Assembly: GCA_951406725.2 (NCBI GenBank)
Contig: OX597817.1
Location: 21,204,001 to 21,268,000 of the forward strand
DNA from: Octopus vulgaris
Lineage: Eukaryota
Length of the DNA: 64,000 bases
Direction: 5' to 3'
Shown: positions 40,191 through 54,205 of the stretch, one piece after another
Numbering within the stretch: position 1 is the stretch's first letter
Layout: each line of letters starts with the position of its first letter
Program-made: the position numbers and the translations under genes
Notes under the pieces: model-generated
Database searches by the model: none
What the model was told of the DNA's origin: nothing
Seen by the model: only the letters and a program-made list of their open reading frames with translations

Positions 40191-41411
40191 CGAGGGTCGA
40201 CTGAAGAGTTCAGGGACGGACCTGTATAATGTTATGAAATATGATCAAATGAGGTTTAGCTTCCAGCATAGTACCCCTTGCCGTGCATACACTCATTTCA
40301 AAGGTGGTGCAGTACATAGATCCCATTGATGAAGAAACCTTCGGTCCGCAGGTCAAAAATGTCATTAAAAACAGTTGTGATGTCATCAACACTGCGATAC
40401 TGGTCTTCAACCAAATGTTTTTCATAGTTTAGAAGAGATGATAGTCAAGTTGGGCAAATTTAGGAGAATAGGGACGGTGATCCTCAGTCACGCGGAGCTG
40501 CCTTTGAAACCAAGGACTTGTATGCTGGAACATTGTCCTAACCAAACTGTTTTCCTCGGTTTCCTTAGGCGTTGGCTTTTCGTAACTACCTTAAGTTGGC
40601 ATAGTCTTCCTATTGATGGTGTGGCTCTTTTGCAGATGACTAATAAACACAATCCCTTTTTCATCCCAGAATTCTGATTTGGACCATCACCTACCCTACA
40701 GATTAAATTACCTCGGCCTTTTTAGAGCCGAGTGGAGGGGTATCTCCACTGCATGGATTGTCTTTTTGACACTGGCTCAAACCGATGACGTTTTCCTGGG
40801 TTAGGGAATGTTCAAGGAAACTGCAGGATCTGCTTCAAACAATACCAGAACCCTGATGAGATCAGCTTAATAATGCTTTTGATCAAGTGTCAGAAGACGT
40901 AGCACGCATCGAGCAGTAACCTTCATCATGCCATGTTCATCGTGCAGAATATTCCCAGATCACTCAAGGGATATGCTAACAGCATTGGCTATTTGATTTA
41001 TAGTCAATCGCCTCCCTCCATCGGTATGCGGTGAACACGATCAATGTTTTCTTTTGTGGTGGGAGTGGCAACACCTTAGGTAATCTTCAAGGTTCTTCCT
41101 TCCTCTTCTTCTAAACTCAGCCGCCGACATTTCTACTGCTGCAGTCATGTCGGTCTGACTCTCATTGGATGCTAAACAATTTTTTTCTGCAGGTACTTGA
41201 TAATACTCCGATGTCAATTTGTTTTTATATTTTTATGAAAAGTCGCTACTAGTTACATTTCAAGTCTTCTTTGAACAGCTAGATGACACTTGACCTGGAA
41301 AGAAAAAAATGCAGTTATTAATAAGAAGTGTTGGAATTAGTTAGATCAATATTTCACAGCTCTAGCATAAATCTTTCATAATCTGTCTAAGAAGTTTTCA
41401 GTCCACCCTCT
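40191..41411 (-). mobile_element. Old degraded mariner element
   Basis: Ends cgagggtcgactgaagagttc and gaagttttcagtccaccctc are inverted relatives; length ~1.22 kb; residual transposase-like peptides on the minus strand. Confidence 0.7.
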
Positions 41412-41478
41412 TAAAATTAAAGATGACGTTGATGGAATGCCGTTGTTTTGGTTTATTGCAAATGGTCATGGTTTACAC

Positions 41479-41643
41479 TAGTGGTTCCCAACCTGCGGTT
41501 CGCGGACCCTTGGTGTTCCGCAAAAGTAGTAGTAGGGCTCCGCAAACATGTTAAGCTGACAGATCTTTCAATACCCTGGGGTCCGTGAGAAAAGTCCTTT
41601 AAATAAAATGGCTCTTTGATAGTGAACAGGTTGGGAACCACTG
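41479..41643. mobile_element. hAT-type MITE, 165 bp
   Basis: TIRs tagtggttcccaacctg and caggttgggaaccactg (Charlie-like); the 8-bp TSD is not preserved. Confidence 0.75.
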
Positions 41644-42836
41644 GTAGTAATGTTGTTGGATACAGTGATGGTTATATAGACAGTCTGGTCGTTGGTTGTG
41701 TTGTTGTTGGTGTTGCATATGATGGTATCTAAATTAAGGCCAAATCTGATCATGCAGAATTACGTGCAAAATAGTTTACTAACAGAAATCACTTCATCCA
41801 TTTAGTATATCTTAGACTAAATTTGTAACGTGTAACGTGTAGGGTGTGGCTTGAAGAAGAATGTGTGGATATCAGTAATTGATCAAGCTACCACGTAGAT
41901 TCTATTGTACGTTTTTGTCAGCATGGTAATACATATCCTTGAAATCCTTAAACATATTTCTGTATATTAAAATATGTTCGTATTTAGTTTCGTCGCTAGC
42001 CAATTTTATTTCAAATCTACATGTTGTTAATTTTATATTTTATTCATTTAAATCGATTTAAGGCAAAGAATGTTTGAGGAACTCTATGTAATCTGATAAA
42101 GTTGAGAGTTCCGCGTGATAAGAATTTTTTTCAAATCATTTTCAAAACAATTAGTTATTATATGAGTTTCTAAATATGGATAAACACCTTCTATCTCTCT
42201 GAAACAAACATTGTTACAATTAATCAAAATTAGAGAGACATATTTTCTGTAAAATGTACGTTACGGTTTTGTGCGCTTTGTAATATTACACAAGATTTAC
42301 ACAACGAAACTATGTTTATATCACTGGTCTGGATCAAAGAAATGGGTTCCAATCATACATCGGCTCCAATTCAATGGGCTATAATTTTGATGGAGGCATA
42401 GTACTGTATTTTTGATATCGTTGTTTAGCTCATAATCAGGCAACGCTTAAATCAAAGATATTCTATCAATGACCAATCTGTATATTTTCTGATACAGTCT
42501 ATACCAGTATGTATTTTCTAATGATAGAACGTAACAGGAAGATGTTGCTGATATTTTCAATAGCTTGAGGAACTGATCTCCTTCATTTCCGTGCCGTCTC
42601 TGATCACTTAAATTGTGTCTAATACTGCTTATAAACGGTGAAGTTAGTGTGGGATAAATGATGTGTATGCAAGGTTTACTACAGATGTTAGTATGTGAAT
42701 ACTCGGTGTATCCCGATTAAGCACCAATGTGGAACAGCTGCTACCAGAAGCCTCATAATGTAAACAGTGGCTATGCAATAATGATATACACCATCTACTT
42801 AGAACTACCTATGCTTTAATAGTCTGTCTGTGTGTG

Positions 42837-42837
<1 letters not shown>

Positions 42838-42890
<53 letters not shown>

Positions 42891-43172
42891 TACATATATA
42901 ATATATATATATATATATACATACATACATACATACATATATAATATATATGTATACATATATATATGTGTATATGTGTGTGTATATATATACATATATA
43001 TATACGTATACATATATAATATATATGTATACATACATATATATATATATATATATACAAATGTAGACATATATAATATATATACATATATACATATGTA
43101 AATATATATATATATAAATATGTATATGTATATGCATACATACACACACTCACACACACACATATATATATA
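42838..43172. repeat. (TA)n/(TACA)n microsatellite
   Basis: Directly visible. Confidence 0.92.
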
Positions 43173-43468
43173 ATTAGATTTTTTCGAATTCTTACAACAT
43201 AGCCATGGGGTTTCATCTAAGTGTGTTTTCGTCAAACTTTATCAGAGAAGAAATATTAGTGATGCTGAATCGGTCTAGAGACATTAGCTCAGATTGTATA
43301 GGAAAGGGGGGGGGGAGATGAACAAAAGCAAAAGATGATAAGGGAAAGAAAACAATGTGCAGAGTACATATAAATGTGTGTGTGTGTGTGTGAATGTGTG
43401 TGTGGATCGGGGAAAATGTGCGTAAATCAACAATATGAAAGAACCATATGTGTGTATGAGTGTGATGA

Positions 43469-43507
<39 letters not shown>

Positions 43508-43695
43508 TGTGTGTACATACAGATACTCGCACACAGATATCAACGTATTCTCGAATATATTATTTCTGTTTGTATATTGAATAAACTCTAGCAGCAGATT
43601 ATAATTCCCTGCTGTTTCTAATGTATTCAAATAGCTCGATGTTTTTGATCTCTCGCTCCATATGTCTCTCACTCTCTTTCTCTCTCACTCTCTCG

Positions 43696-43728
<33 letters not shown>

Positions 43729-44851
43729 AATATATGGGGAACAAAGAGAGAGAGTGAGAGGAAGATTGCAAATACAAATTCGTATACATACACACGTATA
43801 TATACACACGTATATATACACACGTACACAGCAATCACACACAATACCTTGAACGAATTCGGTTAATTTTTACTTCGATTTTTGAAACTTCGTTACCAGA
43901 GGAATATAAAATATAGAATAGCTTTTACGGAGATACGTTATTTTACTTAAAAGAAATGTACAATAATTTAAAATATAGTAGGCTTCTTTTGCTTCTGCAT
44001 AAATAGAAAAAAAAGGCAATTCAAATAAAGTTATGTGTAATTCAGTCAATAATTATACACGCTATATATTGAAAGATATCATTTGAAGAACATTATATGT
44101 TATTCAATAAAAATAACATACAAGTTTTTTTTTACTTTATACAAGAACATGAAACAATATAAAAAAACCTATGGTACAACTGTATCTTTTTTTTCTCCCC
44201 TATTTTATTTTAAAATTACATGTCTCAAGTTTTGACTCCATTGTCTTCTTTCTCTGAACCTGAAGTTCTTCCTTGTGACAATTTAGTGCTGCCATCAGTG
44301 ATCCATTAAGATGCATGTTTCTATCAAATATTGGTTCATTTTCTGAAAACCACTGTTAAAGACGATCCATATGGTTTTTGAAACGTCAACTTTTATTTTA
44401 AATGGTTTTTAGGAGTACCACTTCTCCGATATCTAAACCAGCCGTTTGCGGTCATTTAACACCTTTTAAGTTTTCTCAGATGAGTACTTCCTTACCAATA
44501 TATGATTTAAATCGCAGTTTTAGACATTTATAAAATGTTATTTCTAATTGAGACTGATATATTGTATACTTTAGACTTCCTTACAAAAATCTGGACACCT
44601 TTCGCTTAATGCAACATATGTGTTTAACTTTTTTTCAGGTACATTAATAGTTTATTATTTGTACAGTGTTGAATTTTAGCCATAACTCCTTAACTAAACG
44701 ATATTTATCATCAAGCATTCAAATTCATTGATTTGAAGTTCTGAGAGAATATTCCATGAGATAACTTCTTGGTCTATAAGGTGTTGGAATGGTGTCCGGT
44801 TTTGTGGAAAGGAAAAGTCATTCATAGCTATGTACATATGATGTGATTCTA

Positions 44852-46140
44852 CGAGGGGCGTTCAATACGTAATGCCCCTGACCCACTTCCCATAGCAGTA
44901 GAGCAACGAAACTTGACACAGGTATTAGTCTTTTTCAGCATAGGAACAACCCAGAGTTACACATTTCTCCCATCGTTTGATACAGCTCTGGAGACTGTTT
45001 TCATAGAAGACCCCAGCTCGGTCCTCCAACCACGACGTGACTTCAGAAATCAAGGCTGCATCATCTGGGAAACGCTTTCCTTTCAAAAACAACTTCATGG
45101 CTGGGAAGAGGTGAAAATCAGAGGGTGAAAGGTCAGGATAGTAGGGGGATGGGGGAAGTGTTCATAGCCGCACGCCTGTGCTTCTGATCTGGCGACACGC
45201 GAGTTGTGGACCGGAGCGTTGTCCTGCAGGAGGAGGATGCCTTTGCTGATCTTGCCCCGCCTCTTGGTTGTGATAGCTTCTCTTAAGTTCCTCAAAAGTG
45301 AAGCATGATAGGCTCCTGTAATTGTGGTACCCTTTGCCAGGAAATCTGTCATCACTACTCCGTCCTGGTCCCAGAAGACTGTGAGCATGACCTTACCTGC
45401 GGAGGGCTGCACCCTTGCCTTATTTGGAGGAGGTGAGTCATGGTGCTTCCACTGCATTGACTGGGCTTTGGTCTCTGGATCATGGTGAAGGACCCAGGTC
45501 TCATCCTGTGTAATCAGTCTTTTGAAAAATTATGACTCATCTTGGCACATCCCTAAATTCATCCTCGAGCACTCGACGCGTTCTTGCTTCAGGAAAAGTG
45601 TGAGCAACCTGGGAATCCCTCTGGCAGACATCTTTTGCATATGCAAATGGTCATGAACGATAGTTTCCACAGACCCGGTACTAATCTTGACCTCATGGGC
45701 TATTTGGCGAATAGTTAGGCGTCCATCTTCCAAAATGGCAGCCTCAACTTGACGGACAGATGCCTCATCAATGGCAGAAGGGGTGCGACCAGATCTGGGA
45801 GCTGTTTCCACAGAGTTCCGACCATGTTTGAATTCACGATGCCAGCGCTTTACAAGGGCATATGATGGGGCATCATCACCATAAGTTATTTTCATTTCAT
45901 CAAAAGTCTCCTGTGGTGTGCGTCATTTCAAATACAAAAACCGGATCACTTCTCGACACTGAACAGGCTCCATTTCCCACTTGACTCATTTCAAACACAT
46001 GTTAATCAGAAACCACTATTAGTTCGGAGCTGTAATTTGCCACTTAATCTATAGAGATATAAATAATTTCACATGCACAATCTCAGTTAGATCAATCAAC
46101 AGCAAGTAGGTCAGAGGCATTACTTATTGAACGCCCCTCG
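44852..46140 (-). mobile_element. Young mariner (DD34D, irritans-like), full length, defective transposase; copy 1
   Basis: ~33-bp TIRs cgaggggcgttcaata(a/c)gtaatgcc and TA target duplication on both sides. Translation MEPVQCREVIRFLYLK*...TQDET, LQDNAPVH, with stops and a frameshift. Confidence 0.95.
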
Positions 46141-46849
46141 TAGATTTGAAGGCAATGACGAGGATTGTACAAACGTGCTAAGACCTCGATATTATTCTTC
46201 ACATATTAATGTTTGCCTAAATGACAGAAGTGACCCACGTAAACAAATCCGGCAATAGATTTCAAGTCGCAATTCCTTACACTTCAAATTTTCAAGGACA
46301 TTTGTTGCTAACAATAGATGAGACTATCTTTTGTAATGTCGAACTTTCCTTTCTCATATGGATTTCTCATTTCTTCGAATGCTATATGAATTATAGTTAT
46401 TCTTAATGGCCTCAGGACAACTACAACAAACAACAAAGGTTTGACAGATTTCTTAACCTCTTGTTGCACATGATTAAAATTTTACACCTTTCTTGAATAG
46501 GTGTCGGGTTACGGGGTAATGGTACCCAGATGTATGGTTCGTAACAATTGAAATTCTCCATGATATTAATTCTTGTAAATACTTGTTCAGAAAACTTGCA
46601 CTCGGTTGATTCCTTAAGGAATTTAATGCTTCAAGTGCAAGATGTAATAACAGAACAACACTTTTCTTTTCACTTCGTTTTTTCTGTAGTGACATTTATT
46701 TTCGTCAACTTATGATATTGAAGTAGGTTTATGTGACTAATATATAGATATGTGTATGTGTGTGTGAGTGTGTATGTGTGTATGTGAACTACAATACTCC
46801 CCTATATGTATATATATATATATATACGTATGTATGTATGTGTGTATGA

Positions 46850-49800
46850 CAGGCAGCTATTCTCCGTATAGAATACACTTCGTAGAGTCTTAAAGTTGAG
46901 CAGGTAGGGAAGTATAAGTAAGGGCAAGGAAGGTAATATACAACAAATATTAAGTACATTTAATACAAAAAATGCACATATGTTACATGTAGAAAGGTGC
47001 AACTTACACAAAATAGAAATAATATCTGGAATTCAAGGGGTTGAATATGTGTTTTGCGAATCCAAAAGCTGTTTCTGGGAGCTTGTTAGTCCAAACTAAT
47101 GAGTGTAAATGGATTCGATCATCGGGTAACACCAACCCCAGTCTTTAGGGAAGAATTTTACATTTGAGGTTTTGGCAGAAAAGAGATTAAAGATGGAATG
47201 ACTTTTGTTGAGAACTAAGAGTATTAAGAGGAAGAGTTTGGAAGTACTTAGATAGAGAGTAGTGAGAGGAGAAAATATTTCAGGGTTAGGTTTTATTAAT
47301 GAGTCTGGTAGTAGAGGTGGAAGTTGGATGGAAGAGGGAAGTGTGGTTTAGATAGTATGTGAATGGTAACCTTTGCGTTAGTTTGTATGAAGGCTATAGG
47401 TTCTAAGTTTGAGATAGTGAAAATGGGAATGGTTATTATTTGAAGGAAATAAGTTGAATGGTTCAATGGCTGAGGTAGATAAGTAAGGTATGTAGAGAGG
47501 AAAGACAGGAGATTGGAGGATAGAATGGGAGATGCGGGGTTGGTCAGAATAGTTAATGAGACAATGGAATTGAGTTGGTATTAAAGGGGATGTTATGGTA
47601 AAGAAATGAGTATGAAATGGAATAGATGGGCGTGAATGGGGAGGGGTAGAATTAGATTGGTTAGTTTTCAATGGAGTGTGGTATTGTTTAGTATTTTTTA
47701 AAGTGAGGAGGGTGAATAGGCTAAGAGGGACGTGGGAAGTAGGGGATTTGAACAGTTAGGAAGAAATTGGAAATGTGTATATGAGAAAGGGTAAGAGTGG
47801 GGGTGGGGTGGAATTTTTAAGTAATACGTTGCTAGGCTTGCTTTGTCTTAATTCAATGTTATGTAGGGTATGGATACTTAATATGGGATCACATAGATTT
47901 AACGAAGTGCGTGAAAGATGAGTAATATCTTTGTTTACAAGAATAAATAACATCAGTGAATCTATTAAGTAAAGAAGAGTTATGACGGACAAGAATGACT
48001 AATGGCTCTTTTATACATAACTTACACTTGCCGATGTCTGCATTATATGTGGGAATTTCGCATACTATGGCCCAGGATATTTTAAGGTTGCTAAGGAGGT
48101 TCATAATTTAGAATTTCTATTGGAGAAAGCGTTCATGCATGTACGACAGCGGCGCTTGAAATCTACGGTGCCGACGATATATGCCTTTGCTCCTTCGGAG
48201 TGTGGTGTTATAATACAACACTTGCAGATATCAGTTTTGCATAGATAGGAACCTTCAAGTGGGCATAACTAGGAAACACGACAATTGCTAGTTTAACAAG
48301 CTGATCCGTGGTTGGCGTTTACTGTTGGTGAGGTTGAGTTCCGTTGGATGTTAGTGGAGGAGAACTTGAAACGCAATCTTATTTCTATTGAACTGGGAGT
48401 GGTATTGCAGCTAGTATTTCTTGTCGCGTACGTAGGATTGCAGGATCATAGCTTGAGTCTGGTTTTATTTAGTAGATTTCGGTTACTAAGGATTATGTTA
48501 ATGCTACTATGCCGGCTAATTTGTGTACGGTTTAAGAGTTTAGGTGATTTGAGTCTGGTGTTGGAGTTTGCGTTTGTTCGAGGAGGTGGTTATGGATCCT
48601 AAATTAGGTGTGGTAGAGTAGGAGATTTTTACAGATGATTTTTAAGGATGGGACACTATTTATGATGTAGTTGAAAATTAGACTTTAGAATTTTAAACTT
48701 GAAGAGGGACAGGTGGTGCGAACAATAAGATTTCCCTATCCTGGCCTTAGAATGTTTAGTGTGCGGTGTAATACGTTGATCGGAGGCGGTTTATAGTTGC
48801 TATAGTTTAGGGGTTCCCAGAGAGGGGGCCGAGTGTGATGTATAGGGTTGTTTTGAGAGTTGTCGGATCGGTGTAGAGTGGAAGTAGTGTCCGTAGATTC
48901 AAGGTTAGTATTGGGAAAGGGATGTACTATTTTAGTGTTAAGCTTAATATTGGGGGACATAATAGATATTTTAGCAGAAGCCGCTTGATATAACAAAGGT
49001 CATGAGTGTTAACAATTTCTTCGTTAGCAGATAAGTTAGATATTCTGATAGATATGACTGTGACAACGCTATTAAATGTACGTTTAGAGTTATCAGAGAG
49101 AAAATGTATATATTATAATGATTGATTTGGTTTATGATAATGGTGATATAGATTTGTGTCAAAGTCGAGAGTAACATCTAGGAAATTGGTGTCAATTCCG
49201 AATGAACTTCTCAGGTTATAGTTTTTTTTTAAATATGTGTGTAAATCAATCAGAGGCAGTAAGGCAGTAGGTGAAATAGGGTAGTAAGTGAATTAGAGTC
49301 TTCCTCGCTGCCACGAAGATAGTGGTGTTAGGTCGGGAGGTGGGAGCATATTTTCGGGCGAAGGTTAAACTTTATTTAAGAGAATTAGTGATATCGTTGA
49401 ATGAAAATTTGAGATACCAAATTGAAGGAAATGGGCGTGTTGTTTTTCAGGAATAGAAAGAAAGCAAGGGATGAGGTCTCCTGTGCAATTCTAGAGCGGA
49501 AGCTTAACGCTAGTCCTAACAAGGGGCAGAATACGGTCAATAAAGTATTTACTGATTCGACCTGACACGGATTTAGTGAAGCAGATAAGTCTAATGGAAG
49601 GCTTAGTGTAGAAGTCGGGTTTGTGGTACTTCAGTGTAAAATGGGGGTAGTTTTATATGGTTCAGTTCTGTTTCATTAATATAGATCATCGATCAGCTTA
49701 CAATCAATGTTGTTAATGTCCTTCAGAGCATTTCTTTGTACATGCTTTTCATATAAGGTTAGTATACCTTTCCAAGGGAAGGGAGTAAAAATCGTCAGTT

Positions 49801-50000
49801 TTGTTAGAAAAGTAGTGCAGGTGTGGTAAGTCCTTATTTTAGAAGTGAATTTAGATAATTCTTTCTGGAAAGATGTCGTATAATTAGAGAGTTTAATGTT
49901 TTTAACATGCGTAGTAGATCATTTTCAAAATTAACCAATGCAGGGTTTGCGTGGGATTATGTGGAACTTTAGGTGTTAAGTGTCCTTTTCATTAGAAAGT
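46850..50000 (-). mobile_element. Degraded Penelope-like element (probably Naiad/Chlamys-type), RT plus GIY-YIG
   Basis: Minus translations FTLKYHKPDFYTKPSIRLI..KSVSGRISK..IDRIL (~49640-49530); NCRVS..CPLEG..FKRR (~48290-48145); ISWAIVCEIPTYNADIGKCKLCIKE (ORF 47889-48104). Possible degenerate hammerhead at ~47065-47126. Confidence 0.78.
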
Positions 50001-50168
50001 TCAGGATGATTTAGATTTGAGGTCAGCTCTCAGTTCAGTTTCAGTTAACAGCTTACCACTTCAACCAGTATTTAACGTCTGTGACTACTATTTGTTGATA
50101 GTCACTCCGTGAATTTTTTCGGTGGTTAATATCCTGTATGGTTTGCTGGACGGCAAAAATTGTGTGGA

Positions 50169-50393
50169 GTATGGAGACATGTTCTGCCACAAAATATATT
50201 TTACAATTTTACATAGCATATTATAATGACCTATGGAACTATTATCAGTGCTGTTTCTTCAAGAATCTGCAATGATAAGAGCGCCAGGTTGCATCTGTAA
50301 TCGCTAGTAGTTTGTGCAGTGGAAACGCGGGTAGTGCATTATATGCACCATAAAATTGTAAAATAAATTTTGTGGAAGAACAAGTCTCCATAC
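50169..50393. mobile_element. MITE-like element with ~60-bp imperfect terminal inverted repeats
   Basis: gtatggagacatgttctgccacaaaatatattttacaatttta versus taaaattgtaaaataaattttgtggaagaacaagtctccatac. Confidence 0.7.
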
Positions 50394-50408
50394 ACTTTAT
50401 TATTAATA

Positions 50409-50448
<40 letters not shown>

Positions 50449-50744
50449 CAAATAAATTATTAAAAAGTTTGTTCAAAATTTAAAGACCATAAGCACAAGT
50501 ACAATCGTCCCTAAAGTGACCAATGGTGAAAATCAGCACCGGCATTGCTAGACATAACAGTGAAAACAACTCTAGGCCACGTGCAAATCATTTATCTCTT
50601 GACTGACAAGGCAGAGCAACCTCCTTACAGCAAACGAGGAGTGTCAGATCATCGATGATTTCGAATTGAATTAATCCTCATCAGTAACATGGGAATGACT
50701 AGCTTTATTCATTTGACAAGATTTAGTTTAGAAGGAATAGAAGT

Positions 50745-51621
50745 GTTTAGGTTTCGCTTGATATTTTTTCAATGTGGTGAGTTTCCTTATTTAAAAACGT
50801 TATATACCTGGAATCTTTATCTACCTTTGAAAACCTCCTTTCCCAATACATAAAAGAAAATTGGAAAATATTCCTAGACGACTGTTTCATACTCTGTAAT
50901 GAAAACACAGATAAACTCCTGAAATTCAAAAGACTATTGACCAGCGTCAACCCAAATATACAGTTCACAATAGAGTACAAACAAAAGGAGCTCCCATTCT
51001 TGGATATACTAATTAAAAAAATAAACATAAATTCTATTCTTTCTAAACCAAATCATGTTCAATCAATAAAACGTAGTCATTTTGAACATTTTCTTCTTTA
51101 TACCGGAAAATTCTCTGATCACCTTCCCCTGTCTGGAACTCCATATTTCTCAATATAGCGAAGATATGACACGACATATGTAAAGAAATTTGAGAAATTT
51201 GAAAAGAAAATACGAAACCGGTTATTTCTCGCAAACAATGTTACTATACGCAAAAATTTTGAACATTTTGCTAACATAACGATTTAAATATATTTTTTAA
51301 CCATATAACACAAGCCTTCCGTAGTTTTTCACACTTTTTGGCTTTTATACATCCAACCTCGTTCTTTCACATACCAACTCTCTCACCTATACATGTATAT
51401 ATATCTACATTAAAAATGTGACCGCGTGTGTACCGTTGACGATTTTTTCCCTCCGTCTTCCCTTCTCTGGATCTTTCCTTTTCCTATGTTTCTGACGAAG
51501 AGCTCCGCTCGAAACGTTAAACCCTCCTTCTTCCCTTCCTTCCTGAGCATCCAATAATACTATATCTGTTCCACGTCCTCGCGTTGTTGTATTTTCGCTT
51601 TGTGTTTTCATGTTTGGATTA

Positions 51622-51625
<4 letters not shown>
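50745..51625 (+). mobile_element. Penelope-like element remnant: RT palm fragment plus pseudo-LTR
   Basis: WKIFLDDCFIL...LLTSVNPNIQFTIEYKQKELPFLDILI (PLE RT motifs), followed by a pLTR (~51405-51625) carrying a hammerhead. Confidence 0.82.
51488..51522 (+). ncRNA. Minimal type I hammerhead ribozyme (Penelope-associated)
   Basis: gttt-CTGACGA-a-gagc-tcc-gctc-GAAA-cgtt-aaac: intact core boxes, 4-bp stem II, palindromic ACGT stem III, GTTT/AAAC stem I. Confidence 0.75.
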
Positions 51626-51670
<45 letters not shown>

Positions 51671-51679
51671 ATACCTACA

Positions 51680-52055
51680 TAAATGCGGTGCAGGCTTCAC
51701 AACCGCATGGTTCCTCGTGCAGACCCACTGTATGGCACCCTTGGACTGACCAAAAGTTAGTGAATGGAGCTTGTAGACGGACACTGAGAGAAGGCCGTTT
51801 TATATGCTTACATACACACACATAAACGTGTGTGTGTTTATTCACTGTTTTTTTTTCTGTGTGTTCCCATCACCGATTAACATCTCATTTTGGTGTCTTT
51901 ACATCCACCAATCTTAATGTTTCGGCAAAAGTAACCGACATAAAAAATTGATGGCCTTACAAAATATACGTTCTGTGGTCGTTTCGTTCTACTAAAACTC
52001 TTCAAGACGGTTCCCCAGCATGGCTTCCGTCACATGATTGGAACAAAAGATAAAA
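51680..52055 (+). mobile_element. Degraded SINE family A copy
   Basis: cccactgtatggcacccttgg...gaccaaaagttagtgaatgga...tagacgga...ggttccccagcatggc. Confidence 0.7.
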
Positions 52056-52064
52056 GTTAATTTG

Positions 52065-52101
<37 letters not shown>

Positions 52102-52298
52102 ATACACACACATACACACACTCTTAGAGGTCGAGGTCTAAAAGCGATGAAAATATTTTGGTAAATTAAATTTAAATGTTGAAGTGAATCTAACGGTTTT
52201 GTGTGTTCTTATATAGCGTATAAACATATTTCACGTTGCAATTGTTTTTGTTCCAGCACACGACGTCAGATGAGGTCATTTGCTCTGCAAGGACATCT

Positions 52299-52352
<54 letters not shown>

Positions 52353-52544
52353 TATATATATGTATGTATATATAATAATTATTAATAATATATTATTAAT
52401 AGTTAAGGAATGTAATGTTTGATTTGTTCTGAGATTTTTAGAAAAATAATTATAAGATATTTATTTATTTCTATGTTGTTATTATAGATAATATCAATTC
52501 ACTATTGGTGGAATAACTAAATACCGGTTCGTCTCGAAATTATA

Positions 52545-52605
<61 letters not shown>

Positions 52606-53894
52606 ATCTATATATATGTATGCATGTATGTATGTATGTATATATATACACAAGCACGTGCGCACGTGACTCATATACTTTTATACTGATTATTCGTGCT
52701 AGAGTTAGCGTTTGGTGCAGTTGCAATCTTTAGCTACGAGAAAGAGAGAGAGAGAGATAGATAGAGAGAGTGAGTGAGTGAGTGAGTGAGTGAGAGTGTG
52801 TGTATGTGTGTGTGAGTGTACTGTAGATTATCTCAATTGTTATTTCTGTCATGTTTCTATATTTCTTTACCAGTTATTTTTTAATGCTTAGCATTGTCAT
52901 CTGCTTGTCTGTCACTAACATCACGGTTATGGCACGGTTGTCTAATTATAATTAATGCCTCCACCAATAATATCCTCTATGTCCACCCCACCCTCATTCT
53001 CCTTATCATCAACTTAATCTTCAACATCACCACATTTTGCATCAGTATTAAAAGATCAATTAATATCTGTGACACCATCCATAGTCCCGCCATAATAACT
53101 CTCAAAAACGGCAACGCAAAGTGCCCTAATTTGACGCTTGATTGGCTAAAATATGTAATTTAATCTACTAACCTTCCTTCCATAATCGACCCTCTTAAGT
53201 AATGAATGATATATCAGTTAATGTACTTTAAGATCCTCAAAACGAGTTTCTCCTATGAATATTAATCTCACTGTTTTGGGCGAGAAACTTAAACAATACC
53301 TTATCACTAACAATTAACTCTTACCGTCAATATAGCTCAAAAATATATCCGTTACTGTTACTACCGACACTTGTAAAACGTGCCATCATGATTGTCATTC
53401 TACCACCAACGACATCGCTGCCATCGACTTATTCATCAACATCATGATCATCAATACCGCGCCAACAGCATCACCGTTATCCTCTTCGTCCCTATCTTCA
53501 TCTTCCTGTTCCCCCTCCTCCACATTATTATCCTCTTCGTCTTCCCGTACATACCTTCTGGTGACAGATGACTACTGTTATCTAAACACAATTGATATCA
53601 TAACCCACAAAATAGCAGTAATGTAACCACTCTGTAGCATCACTACAATTCAATCACTAAAACCATCTTTCATAACCATCTAACACTGCTTAATATATAT
53701 ACTTTTAGGCAGCCACACACTACATTTACGTTCTTAAATAATTAAGAACAAATGCAACATTTTAGCGGGTGGTGTAACAAGATGCAAAGTAACATAATTA
53801 CCATCGTCATAAAAGTAATAATTACTGTTTCTGATAGATGTACAAGGCATGAATTGTGTGACAGGGGTATAGTCGATTAGATCAACCCCGGTAC

Positions 53895-54118
53895 TGGTAG
53901 AAACGTTAGCACGCCGGGCGAAATGCTTAGTAGTATTTCGTCTGCGGTTACGTTCTGGGTTCAAATTCCGCCGAAGTCGACTTTGCCTTTCACCCTTTCG
54001 GGGTCGATTAAAGAAGTACTAGTTACGCACTGGGGTCGATATGATCGACTTAATCCGTTTGTCTGTCCTTGTTTGTCCTCTCTGTGTTTAGCCCTTTGTG
54101 GGTAGTAAAGAAATAGGT
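53895..54118 (+). mobile_element. SINE family B, young copy
   Basis: ctggtagaaacgttagcacgccgggcgaaatgc...gggttcaaattccgccg...gtgggtagtaaagaaatagg. Confidence 0.88.
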
Positions 54119-54205
54119 ATTAATAATAATCCGTTCTACGACAAGCACAAAGCCTGAAATTTGACGGGAGTAGCGGTAGTCGATTACATCAATCCCACAA
54201 ACATA

